Assembly (NCBI RefSeq): GCF_963676685.1
Contig: NC_092347.1
Span: forward strand, 2,728,001-2,792,000
Length of the DNA stretch: 64,000 nt
Direction: 5' to 3'
Origin: Mytilus edulis
Lineage: Eukaryota
The position numbers and the translations under genes are program-made. Positions within the stretch are counted from its first letter, which is position 1. Every line of letters begins with the position of its first letter. This document shows, piece after piece, positions 1-13,189 of this stretch. The notes below the pieces were generated by a model, which saw only the letters and a list, made by a program, of their open reading frames with translations, had not been told where the DNA came from and ran no database searches.

Positions 1-2057
1 TCAATCGTGCGACGTGAATACAAGTATGAGATGTGATATAAATGAGAGTTTGACGAACCATTGACCAAAAGATCACACCACTAGGATTTGAACATCTGCT
101 GGCCTTTATTAGTTTATTTAAATCTCAAGTGTTTGTATTCTACGTCGATTGTTATGACCAATACAATGTCAGATTTGAACATCGGTACATTAATATTGCA
201 TAAGCTTTAACTTTTATGGGTGTAAACACTTTGTATTTTTTGCATTTGACTTTTTAATTGTTTTAATTCAATATTCGAGAAAAAAGAGCGGATGGCTTTG
301 CAAGCCATGTATATTTAATTGGTGACCAATTACAAACCACTGAATTACTGCCACTGTTGGTTACCATTGCAGTCTTCTGCGGTATCAACAGCACAGAAGT
401 AAACACTAAATTTGACATATTAAATGATATGATAATTACTATAAAACTAGGTTCAATCCACCATTTTCTACATTTGAACATGCCTGTACCTAGTCAGGAA
501 TATGACAGTTGTTGTCTTTTTGTTTGATTTGATTTATCATTTGATAAGGGACTTACCGTTATGAATTTTCCTTGGAGTTCAGTATTTATGTGATTTTTAC
601 TTTACATAATTTTACCGTATTTGCAACACTCTGTTATGCTACAACAAGCATATATGGCCCTTGTAATATTTGTAACAATTTTTAAATAGATGTTATTTTC
701 AATGCTATTCAACTTTGTATTTATTTGGCATTCAACTTGTTTTAAGCAGGCGTATTAGTCTTATGTATACAATTCTCGCATTTTGTGCAACAAAGTCCAA
801 ACTTGGTATCTAAAATTAGTTTGTTTTGATAATGAGCAATACTCATACTGTAAAAAAATGTAAAATTGGAATTACATTTTGATACAAAAGTCCTAGGCAT
901 TATTAGATTTTTTTTAATCTATAATAAATCATAAATAAATATGATAAAAGTACTAAAGAGTTGTGAAAGATACCAAATGGACCTACAAAACTCATAAGTC
1001 GAAAATAAACTGGCCACGTCATGTATAAAGAAGAAAAATACAAACAATAACACAATAAAACACAAAACGCAGCAGTTTCATAATCAAATGTCATTCATGT
1101 GTGACGGACAGTTCGTGGTTCTGTTGTGCTGCTTTTGTGTGCTGTCCAAGGTTGTTTTACGTGTTCGTTGTTATATTGGAGTTAGCATGTCGAAATGTAC
1201 TATTGTAATGTTTATTGGTGAATTTCTCTGTCCTGAATGATCTTTCATGTATTTGTTCTGTACTCCTGTTATGTAAATACTCATCAGTGACGCTCGAATA
1301 AAAAAAAGTTAAAAAGACCAAAAAGGTAATGTTGTCGTTTTAAAGATAAATTTATCATTGCCACAAAAGCGCGAGGTTAGGTTATTCACAAAACCAGGTT
1401 CAATCCACCTTTTCCCCCCTATAATGTCCTGTAGCAAGTCAGTAAAATGACATTTGTTATCTTATAGTTCGTTTCTGTGTGTTATGCATTGTCGTTTGTT
1501 TTTTTGTTGCACTTTAGTGTTCCTGTTGTTTAGTTGCTTTCGTCTTATAATTGATGTGTTTCCCTCGTTTTAATTATAGTTTTTAACCTGGATTTGTTTC
1601 CTCTCAACCGATTAACGACTTTTGGAGAGCGGTATACTACTGTTGCATTTTTTTTATTCAGATACCACATTCTTCAATATTCTGTCAGATTCTTATCAAA
1701 CGTGAAAAAGTATAACACCATCTAGATAATAGAGATAATTTTCACCAGATTGTCAGATCAGAAGGAATAACGATACTCTTAACAATACATAAATGAAATA
1801 TACATTTTTTTTACATTAATAATTATGTATAAAAAACGGCAAATCACAATTAAGTTTCAAATGATGATATAGACTTTGATGATCAGAATTATTATTATTA
1901 TTATTGATGACTGCATCATAGATCGTATGAATAACGTAACTTACATATAGATTTTAAGTACTCACATTGTTTATCATCTCAATAACTTGTTAAAGTGTGC
2001 TTTTATAAGTGCATAAATAATTATTTTTACTGTTTAAACTTTTTTTTGTGATGAAAA

Positions 2058-2410
2058 TTTGATGTGGCTCGGTACTTATACCTCCCTTCATTGTGTTATA
2101 GTGCTATGGTATATTTTTGTGTTGACAATTCGATGTGGCTCGGTACTTATACCTCCCTTCATTGTGTTACAGTGCTATGGTATATTTTTGTGTTGACAAT
2201 TCGATGTGGCTCGGTACTTATACCTCCCTTCATTGTGTTGTAGTGCTATGGTATATTTTTGTATTGACAATTCGATGTGGCTCGGTACTTATACCTCCCT
2301 TCATTGTGTTATAGTGCTATGGTATATTTTTGTGTTGACAATTCGATGTGGCTCGGTACTTATACCTCCCTTCATTGTGTTATAGTGCTATGGTATATTT
2401 TTGTGTTCTT
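2058..2410. repeat. 71-bp minisatellite, about 5 near-identical copies
   Basis: Unit GATGTGGCTCGGTACTTATACCTCCCTTCATTGTGTTATAGTGCTATGGTATATTTTTGTGTTGACAATTC starts at 2061, 2132, 2203, 2274 and 2345. It explains the duplicated spurious ORFs at 2277 and 2348. Confidence 0.95.
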
Positions 2411-4599
2411 GTATTTTATTTTTGCTGGTCTGCTTTGTCTAAATGCTTTTATTTCTTTGTTCTTTTACGATTACGAAATAACACAATGTTGACGACTGTA
2501 ATCCTAATTTTGACATTTTTATCTATCATGATCGATTCACATATTATTGTCTTCATATAAGTTAGTGGTTTATCTATCTTTGAAACAAGATTTAATCTCC
2601 CATTTTAAGGACTTTGCTTTTTGAATTTTCCTCAGATAACAGTATTTTGTAATTTTATTATTTTCTACCTAAGAAAATGCTTCTACCTGTACCTTATGAG
2701 GAATTTGACAGTTGATATCAATGGTTTGATATTTGACTATTAGTTTGCCATTTAACTATAATAGACTTTGCGTTTTGAATTTTCCTCGGAGTCAAGTAAC
2801 TTTGTTAGTTTACTATTTCCGTTGTTTGTTTAACATTTGTCTACAAAAAAATATATCTCTATTTACAATTTTTGTCTCAGTTGACGTAGAAATCCATATA
2901 TTTGGAAAAAATGGAACTTAAATTTTTTTAATTTCGTTGTTAATTTTTGCATACTATTTTTTTTTTTTTTATCAATTTACAAATAGAACTCCAACTTTTT
3001 TTAGAAGTTTCCTTTAAGTAGTCAAACAGTAGCCCATTAGGTAATAGGTAATTAGGAAATATAAGGAAACTTTTAGAATGAATAAGTTTTTAAATAACTT
3101 TACTTTACATATTTGAATATAGAAGGGGTTCATCATGGGCAAAGGACTAATTTTGTCATTTGCATTTGAGTGAATTGTGTGGTATTTACATGGATTAACT
3201 CTACCTTAATCTGTTTAGAAATTAGATAACCTATAAGTTATGAAAAATTGGTTTTCAATAATTTATGTTCAAAGATTGATAAAACCCAAACGAATTTATT
3301 TTAGTTGTGAATCATTGAAATGTAAATATATTATAATGCTATTCTAATACCCCGATCAATATATAGATCTATTTTTAGGTCATCATATATGCACAAATAC
3401 TAAATTCCGTTTCCTCGCTCTAATAATGCTGTTGAATATTACAAATATGTGTAACATCTTAAACTATTGATTCAACAAAATGGAGGAAAACAGAAGGACT
3501 TCGCGTTCTTGAATGAGTACTCAGTACTAGTAAGAAAGGTAGTATCTTAATTATTTAGTAAACACGCCAAACAGGAAGTCGACATGACGTAATAATATTA
3601 TAGATAATTCTATAAAATTAACAGTATTTACAAATAAAACAATTCTGTTTCAAATACGTTCGATCAAACATGTAAATTTATGAATAAGGGGATGCAGGAT
3701 CAAAGTGAGGATTCCGGGGGTTGGAACCGCCTTTTTTCTGACGATCATTTTTAAAAGTAAATGCTGGCACGTTATGGTTGGAACTCTCCACATCTTGATT
3801 TAGGGTTCGCCCCCTTTTGAAAATTGCTGGATCCAATCATTGCAAATTAGATAAATATTCATCAAGATTCAAATACGGGGATCTGAACAACTAAAGGGTA
3901 CGAAACGAGTCGAGATCTATTATTATTCACTGTAATATAATTGTTTTGTAAAAATGATTACAAACTAAATAATAATTTGGTGTAGTAAAAGTTGTTCCAT
4001 TTCTTTTTAAAACTACCAACACAATAGCTTGTGTCTCTGATTGTTATTCCTCGAGGATGATATAATCAAAATAGTTCAATACTTTGGTATCACCTCGATA
4101 TCCCAAAGATACTTGTTTTTGAAACTAGCTGTTTTAAAACTGAAGAAATCATTCAAAAGTAATTCTGAATATATATATAAAAAATCAATGTGGTATGTTT
4201 GTGGCAATGCTAAGGAGACAATTCTCCACAAGAGACCAAATGACACAGAAACTAACAAGTATAGGTATCCGTACAGCCTTCAACAATGAGCAAATATCAC
4301 ACCACATAGTCAGCTATGAAAGACCCCGAAATGACAATGTAAAACAATTCAGCTCTGCGGTTGTATAAAGCTGCGCCCTGCGGATCATCTGGTTTTGTCT
4401 AGTTTCTGTTGAAGTAACTGCAACCAAGGTTAAAAAAGAATGCTAGAAACACCTTCAGTAAATACCGGTATACGTCATGACACATGTACTATTGATAACA
4501 TTACCGGTACTAATTTTCTTACACCAGATGCGCATTTCCACAATACATGTCTCTTCAGTGATGCTCGTGGCCAAAATATTTGAAATCCAAAGCTAATAA

Positions 4600-4790
4600 A
4601 AAGTAAAATCACAAAAATACTGAACACAGAGGAAAATCAATTCGGAAAGTCCATAATCACATGGCAATATCAAATAACAAAACGCATCAAAAACGAATGG
4701 ACAAGAACTGTCATATTCCTGACTTGGTACAGGCATTTTCAAATGTAGAAAATGGTGGATTGAACCTGGTTTTATAGCTAGCTAAACCTC
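4600..4790 (+). mobile_element. Abundant non-autonomous interspersed repeat (representative copy)
   Basis: Motif AAAGTAAAATCACAAAAATACTGAA...AACTGTCATATTCCTGACTTGGTACAGGCATTT...GGTGGATTGAACCTGG recurs at about 435-605(-), 1370-1460(-), 2560-2810(-), 5620-5690(+), 14745-14910(-), 17160-17560(-) and 61870-61990(+). Confidence 0.8.
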
Positions 4791-4855
4791 TATGATGAAG
4801 AGCTATAATCAAAAAGGTCATTCAAAAGTAAACAAAAAAGTAAACAAGAAAGAGC

Positions 4856-6275
4856 CTTGGCTCACACCGATCAACAAGCTATAAAGGGCCCCCAAATTAC
4901 TAGTATAAAACCACTCAAACGGGAAAACCAACGGTCTTCTCTATATAAAATAAAAAAACGAGAAACGAGAAACACGTAAAAATTACATAAACAAATGACA
5001 ACTACTAAACATCAGATTCCTGACTCAGAACAGGTGCAGATTAAGAACACACAAGCAGGGGTACTGGCCTAGTGCTTGTATATGAATACAAGTACTACAT
5101 TTGTATTTGAGCCAAGGCTCTCTTTACAAAAAAGATGAAGAGCTATAATCAAAAAGGTCCAAAAAGTAAAGCTAAATCCGTGAAAGGAATCAGAGCTTTG
5201 CATGATTTGTATTAATATTCGTCATACATTTTTTTCAGAATGCATTTTATCACAGAGCCAAATTTAGTATTATTTTTTCTGATGTACCTCTTCATGGACA
5301 GTTGTTACGGATTGTATTCAATTAATTGTAAGTTTACTCAGATAGTTACCAGTTTAGTGACCCATGCATAGTTACTGTGATGCTTTATTTTTGGCTACAT
5401 ATTCACACAGGTATAATATTATTAATGTCGGTTAGGTAAAACTGAGTCTACATAAAATATTTTGATAAACATTACGAATGTAGTTATAATTTTCATCTTA
5501 ATGATCGGTGACAAATGACAGCAAACAGAGATTTTGTACATGTGTTAGATTAATTGATAAAGAAATGAAAACAAAAACGAACTCAAACATACATAGAGAT
5601 GAACTTTCTGATAACAACTACCATATTCCTGACTTGGTACAGGACATTTTAAGATGGTGGATTGAACCTGACCAAACCTCATGTTTACATGACAATTTTA
5701 AAACATATTCCTAATATTATGTGTTCCTAACTAGTACATATTCTTCTCCGCTTCTAGTAACCGTGGAATTTCCATAAGTCATTATTAATAACCTGCTTAT
5801 TCATATTCGGATATGTCACAATCGGAGAAAATTTCACCGGAGAATACCTGCAAAAATTTAGACATATCCATAGACATCTGCAATACAGATATTCCATAAC
5901 GTTCATCCAAATTAAGATGTTCAGAATCACAATACTATCACATAGTGGTTTATAAGCCAGTGACCCTGCTTGTGTGTTCTTGGTTTCTTGATATGTATCA
6001 TAACCTAACCAGGGTTAGGTACTACAAATGTAGTACTTGTATTCATATACAAGCACTAGGCCAGTACCCCTGCTTGTGTGTTCTTAATTTGCACCTGTCC
6101 TAAGTCAAGAATCTAATGAACAGTAGTTGTCATTTGTTTATGTAATTTATACGTGTTTCTCGTTTCTCGTTTTTTTTAATTTTATATAGATTAGACCGTT
6201 GGTTTTCCCTTTTGAATGGTTTTACACTAGTAATTTTGGGGCCCTTTATATCGTGTTGTTCGGTGTGAGCCAAGG
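4856..6275. repeat. About 250-bp inverted duplication (4856-5105 / 6023-6275) flanking the start-codon exon of paralog A
   Basis: 5031-5105 is the reverse complement of 6023-6097 with 1 mismatch, and homology continues through the adjacent repeat. The left copy is bracketed by a 26-bp direct repeat (4794-4819 / 5134-5159). Confidence 0.9.
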
Positions 6276-9200
6276 CTCCGTACGCATGTTGAAGTCCGTA
6301 CATTGATCTATTTTTAAATTGTTATTTGGATGGAGAGTTCTCTCCTTGGCACTCACACCACATCTTCCTATATCTCTTAATTACTTGATATACCATAAGT
6401 AATGCAGTGTTCGATACTAACATCCATATACTAGCACTAGGCTGGCACCCTAGCCTGATAGATATGTGATATGTTCTGCAGTGTTCGGTACTGACCTTTT
6501 TTCTAACAAACGTTTCCTAAATTCTCCGTTAATAAATGTTAGGAAAATAAGGGTCCAAGGAAGTTGTATTTTTTGGCTATTTTGTTATGTCCCTTTTGGT
6601 CATGTAGCTCTTGCAAGGTTAGTCTTTTTTTCAAATGAAATTTATTTTTTTAGTTAAAATCACTTGCGTGTCGAATAAACAATCTAACCTATCAATCAGT
6701 TATCTTACTATTTCAGTACAGTTTGAGTCTCATTATTGTGACCAATACGTCAGACGACTTACAGAGAGTACATTTTATAATTTATCGTGGCATGGACAAA
6801 CTTCTCCTAAACTATGTGATTTTAGTTTTACTGGCGGAGAGAGTAGTGAGCATAGATCATATACAGTCTGCTTTGAGTCATTGGTATATGATTTACCATA
6901 TTCAGTAGGTGATATTATCTTGCAAGTAAAAAATGAGACGGGGAGTAAATCACAATGGGTAAGAGCAGTTTTATTTTTTGTTTTAATATTTTTAAAAGTT
7001 GTATCTCAGTTTCAGAGAATTTTTTGTTTAAATCAATGTGATCCTTTAAAAGGTAGAATTTATCCCTCCTTAAGACAAGATACTGGATTTACGTTGGTCA
7101 TTTTTTTTAAATTAAACAAAGCAATGCCAACTCTTTCAATTTGGATTTTCAGTTTGAAATGGGGATATTATTTTTGTAAAGTCTAGAAAAGTCAAATGTT
7201 TCAATACTATTGTAAGATGAAAAAGTCTTAGATAGCATGAACAATATAAAGTCCATAAAAGATCTTTGGTATTTTCTATATCCACATCTGATTAACGCCA
7301 TCTCTAGAATAGGCAGTTTCACAATAACTTCGAAACCCGGCTTTGATCGCTGATAAAACAGATGTTGATAATTAAGAGGGAGGTTTTGTGGAACACTTGG
7401 AAGACATACCAATATCCTGTTGTTTGTAAGGACACTTACGTAGTTTATGTATCCAATACAGTGATGGAAGATCCAGTTTTTTTTTATCCTTGGTTGAAAT
7501 TCCAAAGGAACATAGAACATACCTATGATTATCCAGGATTTCCTCTTGTGAAAGTGTCGTGAGGGTATATGTTGAGTTTCCGAGTGAATTCTCAATACCT
7601 AATAGACCTAATTCATTTATCAAGCAGTTTATGTAATGAGTTTTACATACAAAAAAGATTTTGTTTATGGATTTATCTACGGAGACAACAATATATTTTT
7701 CATGGAGGTAGGACACGTGTTTTGTAACATTTGGGTCTTTAAAGATTGACGTAGCATGGATATTGATAGATCCATTCAGTTTCTTAATTCTGATTTGAAT
7801 CAACGACCTCACAGCCGTAATCCATTCTGAATGAGCATCTACGTCTTCTTGCTTACGCTTCGCCCATTGCCTGTCATTATCCTGACTGAATCCACCAGTA
7901 TTTTAAAATTGTATTTCCAATTGATGGATTTAGGCTCACGATATTTCGGACCTTTGGATAACACATTTCGCCGGGAAGTGTTATTTAAAGTTTTGAGTAA
8001 ACTGACTAAGCGTTAGTCTTTTGAAGACCGTACGGGGGCCTATAGTTTTAAAATTCTGTGTCATTTAGTCCTATGAGGACGGTGGTGTCATTGGCAATCA
8101 TCTTCTTAATTTTATATTTTGTAATATACCGTATAATGTCTTATAGGAAAGGAATAGAACAATTAAAGTTGTTTTTCATCATGTTCATACCGTGAACTTA
8201 ACGTTGCGATTTGTGAGCTGTTATGCTATTCGAGACAAGGATTAACTTGATATAGTTAAGATAAATGTTGTTTGTGACACTAATTAGCACGACATTTACT
8301 GGATGACTTGATACTTTCGAAACGACGACAACGCTTCAGTTGAAATCATTGTAACTCTTATAACGCTTCCAATTTCATTTCCTGGTTTATAGGGGGATTT
8401 GTTTGCTTAATCTCTAAAATTGTGTATATAATTTGTAAATTTTTATCTGTAGGTTCATCTTTTTTCTATCTTTTAAACGTTTAATAGTTAGCTCGGCCTT
8501 TTAGAAATATTTTACATACTAGGAATTATTGCATAGAAGATTTCTCTGTGAGTAGATTTCGAGCCCTGATTTTGGCTATTGTTATTCATTTGTTTTAATC
8601 TACTGCAGTATTACACGGGACACGACAGATATATTGAGAAAACCTGCGTAAAGCAGGCGTACATGTTAACCATTTCCATTCTGCTACCTCATGGGTATAG
8701 AGAACCAATACCAAAACCTTACCTTATCATCAAAGTCACAGCATTTCGTTTTAGAGGTAATTAATATAGAATAAAGGCGCTACAGAAAAATATTTCTTTT
8801 AGCATGACAATGAGAAGACTGCAATAACATTCAATTGGGTGAGTTGGTGTACCTTTATTTTTCTCTCTCATGCTATCCAAATCTACAAAATGTTTAAATA
8901 CTGACTGAAAGTGATGTAAATGTGATAGACTGTAACCACTTTTCAATAAATAACTATATATACATAATAATCCATCAAAAATGTTATTTAACACTGTTTG
9001 CAGCTTGAAAAAGCTTACAAATTCTTCAGAATTTGGTCCACTTTTGAATGGGAACATATTGTTAACAAAACCGACAAAGTTACATCGAAATAAACATATT
9101 TATATTTGTTTCAGCGTAATTTTGTATTTGGTTTAGAATGCCCATTTAATACACCCACATTCATGAAAGGAAAGGGGAATGTAGTAACAACATTGGGAAC

Positions 9201-12200
9201 ATATCCGATATCATTTGATAAATGTTTATTTCATAACATTTAACCAACTCGTGATGGCGTCCATAAAATTTACGAAGGGATGATTTCAACTTCACCATTT
9301 GAAACTCATGGTTTAATAGCTTCCGTGTGAGCACCAACCCCCTATCAAGAAATTCATGGTAGGAAATGCAAGCATGGTAACATATCAAATGGGAGATATA
9401 TACCCGTATGCAAGTGCTGCTTGAATGTTGCTACTTTGAAATGGAAAGTTCACAATTGGAAAGCTGATATCATCTCTTTTGTCGTAAAGTTTTGTTTTAA
9501 ACCGACCCTCATTGTCAATTTCTAGATGTAAGTCAAGATATGAGGCCGACTTAACTGTATCTGTTGTATCCTTTATCTCTAGTTCGATGGGATATAAGCG
9601 TTCAGCATAATCACCAAATTATGAATTATTTAGTGAAAAAACATCGTCTATATAGCGGAAAGTAGAGTTATAGGATATTGCTAACTTCTTATCTTTATTT
9701 CTAAGAAGTTCCTGTATGAAGTCAGCCTCATAATGATAAAGAACCAAGTCGGCAAGAAGAGGGACACAATCGGTTCCCATTGGAATGCCGACAGTCTGTT
9801 CAAAAACACGTTCTCCGAACGAAACAGATATGATGTCAATCAAGAAACAAGCATTTTAATAATGTCAGTTTCGGTGATTTTTTTGTTTGATCCTTTATAA
9901 AGTAGAATTTATCCCTCCCTAGGACAAGATACTTGTATTTACGTTAGCTATTCTTTTTTATGAAACAAAGCAGTACCAGCTCTTTCCATTTGATTTGTTT
10001 TTATTGCGACTAATATTACATTACAATGTTGACTGTAGTACCCTAATTTTTTACGCTTTTTACCTATTACGTATGTTTGTTTTGCAAAAACACATTTATA
10101 TAACCAATATATATAATGGAATATAATGCGACTGGCATGCAATATATTGCTTTAGCAATTTCTAAAACCAGGTATTACCACCATATTCTACGTAATAAAA
10201 TGCCTGCAGCACATCAGGAACTGAAAGCAGGTTTCCATGCGTGACATTTTTCTGAGCTTTTGATTTTGACATTTTATAAAGCACTTTCAGTATTAAATTT
10301 CAGATAGAGCTCGTTATTTTATTCTTTTTTAAACCGGTAGTCGACCTGGTTTATCTGCTTTCAATTTCAGATAAAAAAATATAACACAACCACAAGCAAC
10401 AACATAGGTTATACAGTAGCTGGAGTTGTTGTCTTTATTGTTTGTGCATTTGGTATGTTCTGCTGTATAAAGTCGCGTCTCAGATCTAGAAGAGAAGTAG
10501 GCTTGGCATGTATTGGCGAGGCTGTATGTACTTGTTTCACTTGTGAATGTTTTGACTGTACAAATTGTCCATCGTGTGACTGTGATTGTGAAGATATATG
10601 TAAGCCATATGGGCTGTGTTATGCGGCCTTGGTGGGTTGTTGTACACCTTCAGTTTTAAATGTGAGAGGTGAGAGTTACCAAGATGATTCGTTGGAAACA
10701 ACAGGAATGAATCCAGTGTCTGAAGAGCTGGTACAGACTCGCACGTCGACTTTAATGCCAGAGCCTTCCGCACCCCCACCAGATTACCATACATTACAAG
10801 GTATCATTTATGTATATTTTACATTATTTTATACAACTATTGATACTTTCACAGATTAAAGCACACACTTATATATTTTTTGAATTCAACTTTATTGCAA
10901 ATAGGTCAATGGATAAACATTTCACATATAGCTCTGACATAATGCAGATGATTGTATTGCAAGAAAAATATTTGACAGTAGATTCGCAATGATGTCATCA
11001 GTTATAAAATGTTTTCCCGTTTTAATGATCGTTTTGTTCATTTCTATTTCTATTTCTAAATTTAGGAACAGACTTTTTAAGGTAAAGATTGCATGCAATG
11101 TAACCAAAGCCTTATGGAACTGACTTGATATCTAAATGTTCCAAGGCTGATCACTACTTTTTTAATACACAAAATATACTGCATTGATCATAACATTCTA
11201 TAGATCATATCCATGAACATTTCAAGAAATTTAACAAAGTAATATAAAGAGAGCCGTGGTATTGTGGGTAGTGCATCGGACTACTAACACAAAGGTTCCT
11301 GGTTCGATTCCCGTTTCGGATGAAAATTTCAGGAACTCAATTTTCGGCTCTCCCCTGACACCATCTGCGAGTATGGTCTTGGGGAAACGATGATAGTCCG
11401 TCGGAAGGGGACGATAAATGGCTGACCCGTGTTAAGAGAGCCATATCTCTTGCACGTTAAAGACACCCTTGTAGATTTCGAAAAAGAGTAGGCTAATGCC
11501 GCTACAAGGCAGTACTCTCACCCGCAAAGTGGAAAGGGATTAATATAAGTTGCAAAACTTGTTTCCCAATCCACTATAAATTAATAAGTTTAAACTAATA
11601 TATGTTCACATATTCAAGGCACAAATGAAGTCTCACTTGTCAAGAAAATTACATAACCTTTGCAAGGTGCAGAAATCTTCGAATATCTGATTTAAAATGA
11701 TAAATGATATAATGGTTAAAGTCAACCCATTGGAGTTATCTTCCTTTGTCTAAAATTGCTGTTAAATCAACTACAACCAATGCAATATTTGATTTTGCTT
11801 CCCACTGATAAATTGAAGCAATCTTTACCATTCAGTGCTTACAAGCACTTTGATAAATCAATGTCTATAGCTTCGAAATAACATTTACGTCGTCGGTTTT
11901 CTACGAAATATTTATTGATCTTTAAAAAAAATTAATCAAAAACCATGTATTACATCAATAAAACAACATAAAACACCAGCAAATAACACCATACCTCTCT
12001 ATAATCATAACCACTGTAAATGGTTCTTCAATATCTAACAATGATATCAGAAAGAATAGTGGCGAACATGTCAAAATAATTTACTTTTGGATGTAATGTG
12101 ACTTTGTGTTATTACTTTAAAGACAGAAAAATAGTAAAAACAATATCGAAAATGTGGTCATTTTTATAAATTTCCTGTTAACAAAACTTTCAGTTTTTCG

Positions 12201-12445
12201 AAAACACTAAGGATTGGATTCTCTTAGTACTAAATTATAATCCTTGTACCTTTGATAACTATTGGTCTTAGTATTGAAATTGTACATTTGTTAAGGTAAA
12301 AAACATTCCCACTTAACATTCATAAAGTTCACACTACATTTAATATGACTTTTTGTTTGTTGCAGGTGATTCATTACCGCCTCCTCCAAGTTATGAAACC
12401 GCTATACGTGATATACCTCCATCAGCACCTCCGACCAATCATTGA
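5240..12445 (+). CDS. Type I single-pass membrane protein, paralog A: signal peptide, 4-Cys ectodomain (possibly CUB-like), TM, Cys-rich juxtamembrane region, PSAP/PPxY tail
   Basis: GT-AG exons 5240-5327 (MHFITEPNLVLFFLMYLFMDSCYG...), 6717-6958, 8609-8756, 10371(or 10408)-10800 (TM GYTVAGVVVFIVCAFGMFCC; PEPSAPPPDY) and 12366-12445 (PPPPSY...PPSAP, TGA). Exon-by-exon homology and matching intron phases with paralog B. One phase conflict at the A7 run 10373-10379. Confidence 0.8.
7000..7992 (-). mobile_element. Penelope-like retroelement RT fragment (N-terminal RT half), decayed
   Basis: ORF 7372-7812 contains VVSVDKSINKIFFVCK, DLPSLYWIHKLRKCPYKQ and SSKCSTKP; 7149-7595 contains SIETFDFSRLY. 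These are PLE RT motifs with frameshifts. Confidence 0.85.
9160..9990 (-). mobile_element. Penelope-like retroelement RT fragment (C-terminal RT/thumb half), decayed
   Basis: QTVGIPMGTDCVPLLADL, TFRYIDDVFSLNN and LTRKLL...LKSSLRKFYGRHH in ORFs 9619-9843 and 9161-9388. Confidence 0.9.
11251..11595 (+). mobile_element. tRNA-derived SINE with Deu-like central domain
   Basis: tRNA-like head with A box (GTGGTATTGTGG) and B box (GGTTCGATTCC), central GCACGTTAAAGACACCCTT...TTTCGAAAAAGAGTAGG resembling the DeuSINE domain, AT-rich tail. Confidence 0.8.
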
Positions 12446-12612
12446 TGAAGACACATACGCACATCAAACCAATCATTGATGATGACACATACATACTACA
12501 TGAATCTAAGCATTGATGACTACACATACGTACTACGTGAATCTAATCATTGATGAAGACACATACGTACTACATGCACCAAATCATTGATATTGACAAA
12601 TACGTACTACCG
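12436..12612 (+). repeat. About 36-bp tandem repeat (x5) beginning at the stop codon of paralog A
   Basis: AATCATTGATGA(A/T)GACACATAC(G)TACTAC units at about 12437, 12472, 12507, 12545 and 12582. Confidence 0.8.
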
Positions 12613-13189
12613 TGATCCCAATCTTTGAAAGTAATCAATGACCCGACAAATAGCCAATGGAAATGTCATATTAACGTCTCATAAGGCTGGTTAAGCTAAC
12701 TAAATAAAAGCATGCTTGTATCACTTTTTCGTATCTGTACAGTGTGATACAATTAATATCTCTGCATGTAAGCATAATTAACAGGACATAATCATAAGAG
12801 AATTTCAAATATCCTTTTCCAGATAGACAAGGATGTAAATGTATATATTTTCAATTCTCTTATTACTGGTACTTCAAGCTGATAACATAAAAGCGATCAA
12901 TAAAAGTACATAGCTGGTTGAATCTGAAGACAACTGTTGAATAAAAACAAAAACAAACAAGTTTGTAAATAGGATACGGTGTACTGCGATTAACGGAAAG
13001 TCGGTTAGGTGCTCCATAATGACACAAAACAAATACATATTGCTGAAATGGCGTAAAACACATTTTTACAAATTCTTAAGATTTTGGTGTGTGTTTTTAA
13101 TTATCTCTCCCTATAGTATGAAACATAAGTCGGGTAAGACAGACCACGTATTGTTCGTTTGTTTTTGTTTGTATGTACGCTTTTATATG

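Noticed and set aside
2058-2410. Regular repeats resembling a CRISPR array
   Set aside because: The units are contiguous and near-identical with no unique spacers, the context is eukaryotic, and there are no cas genes.
3480-3530. Possible 5' exon of paralog A (ATGGAGGAAA, shared with 30020)
   Set aside because: Only a 10-bp match, with a stop after 10 codons; not supportable without transcripts.
11251-11325. tRNA gene
   Set aside because: The acceptor stem is imperfect, there is no terminator, and the sequence continues into a SINE body.
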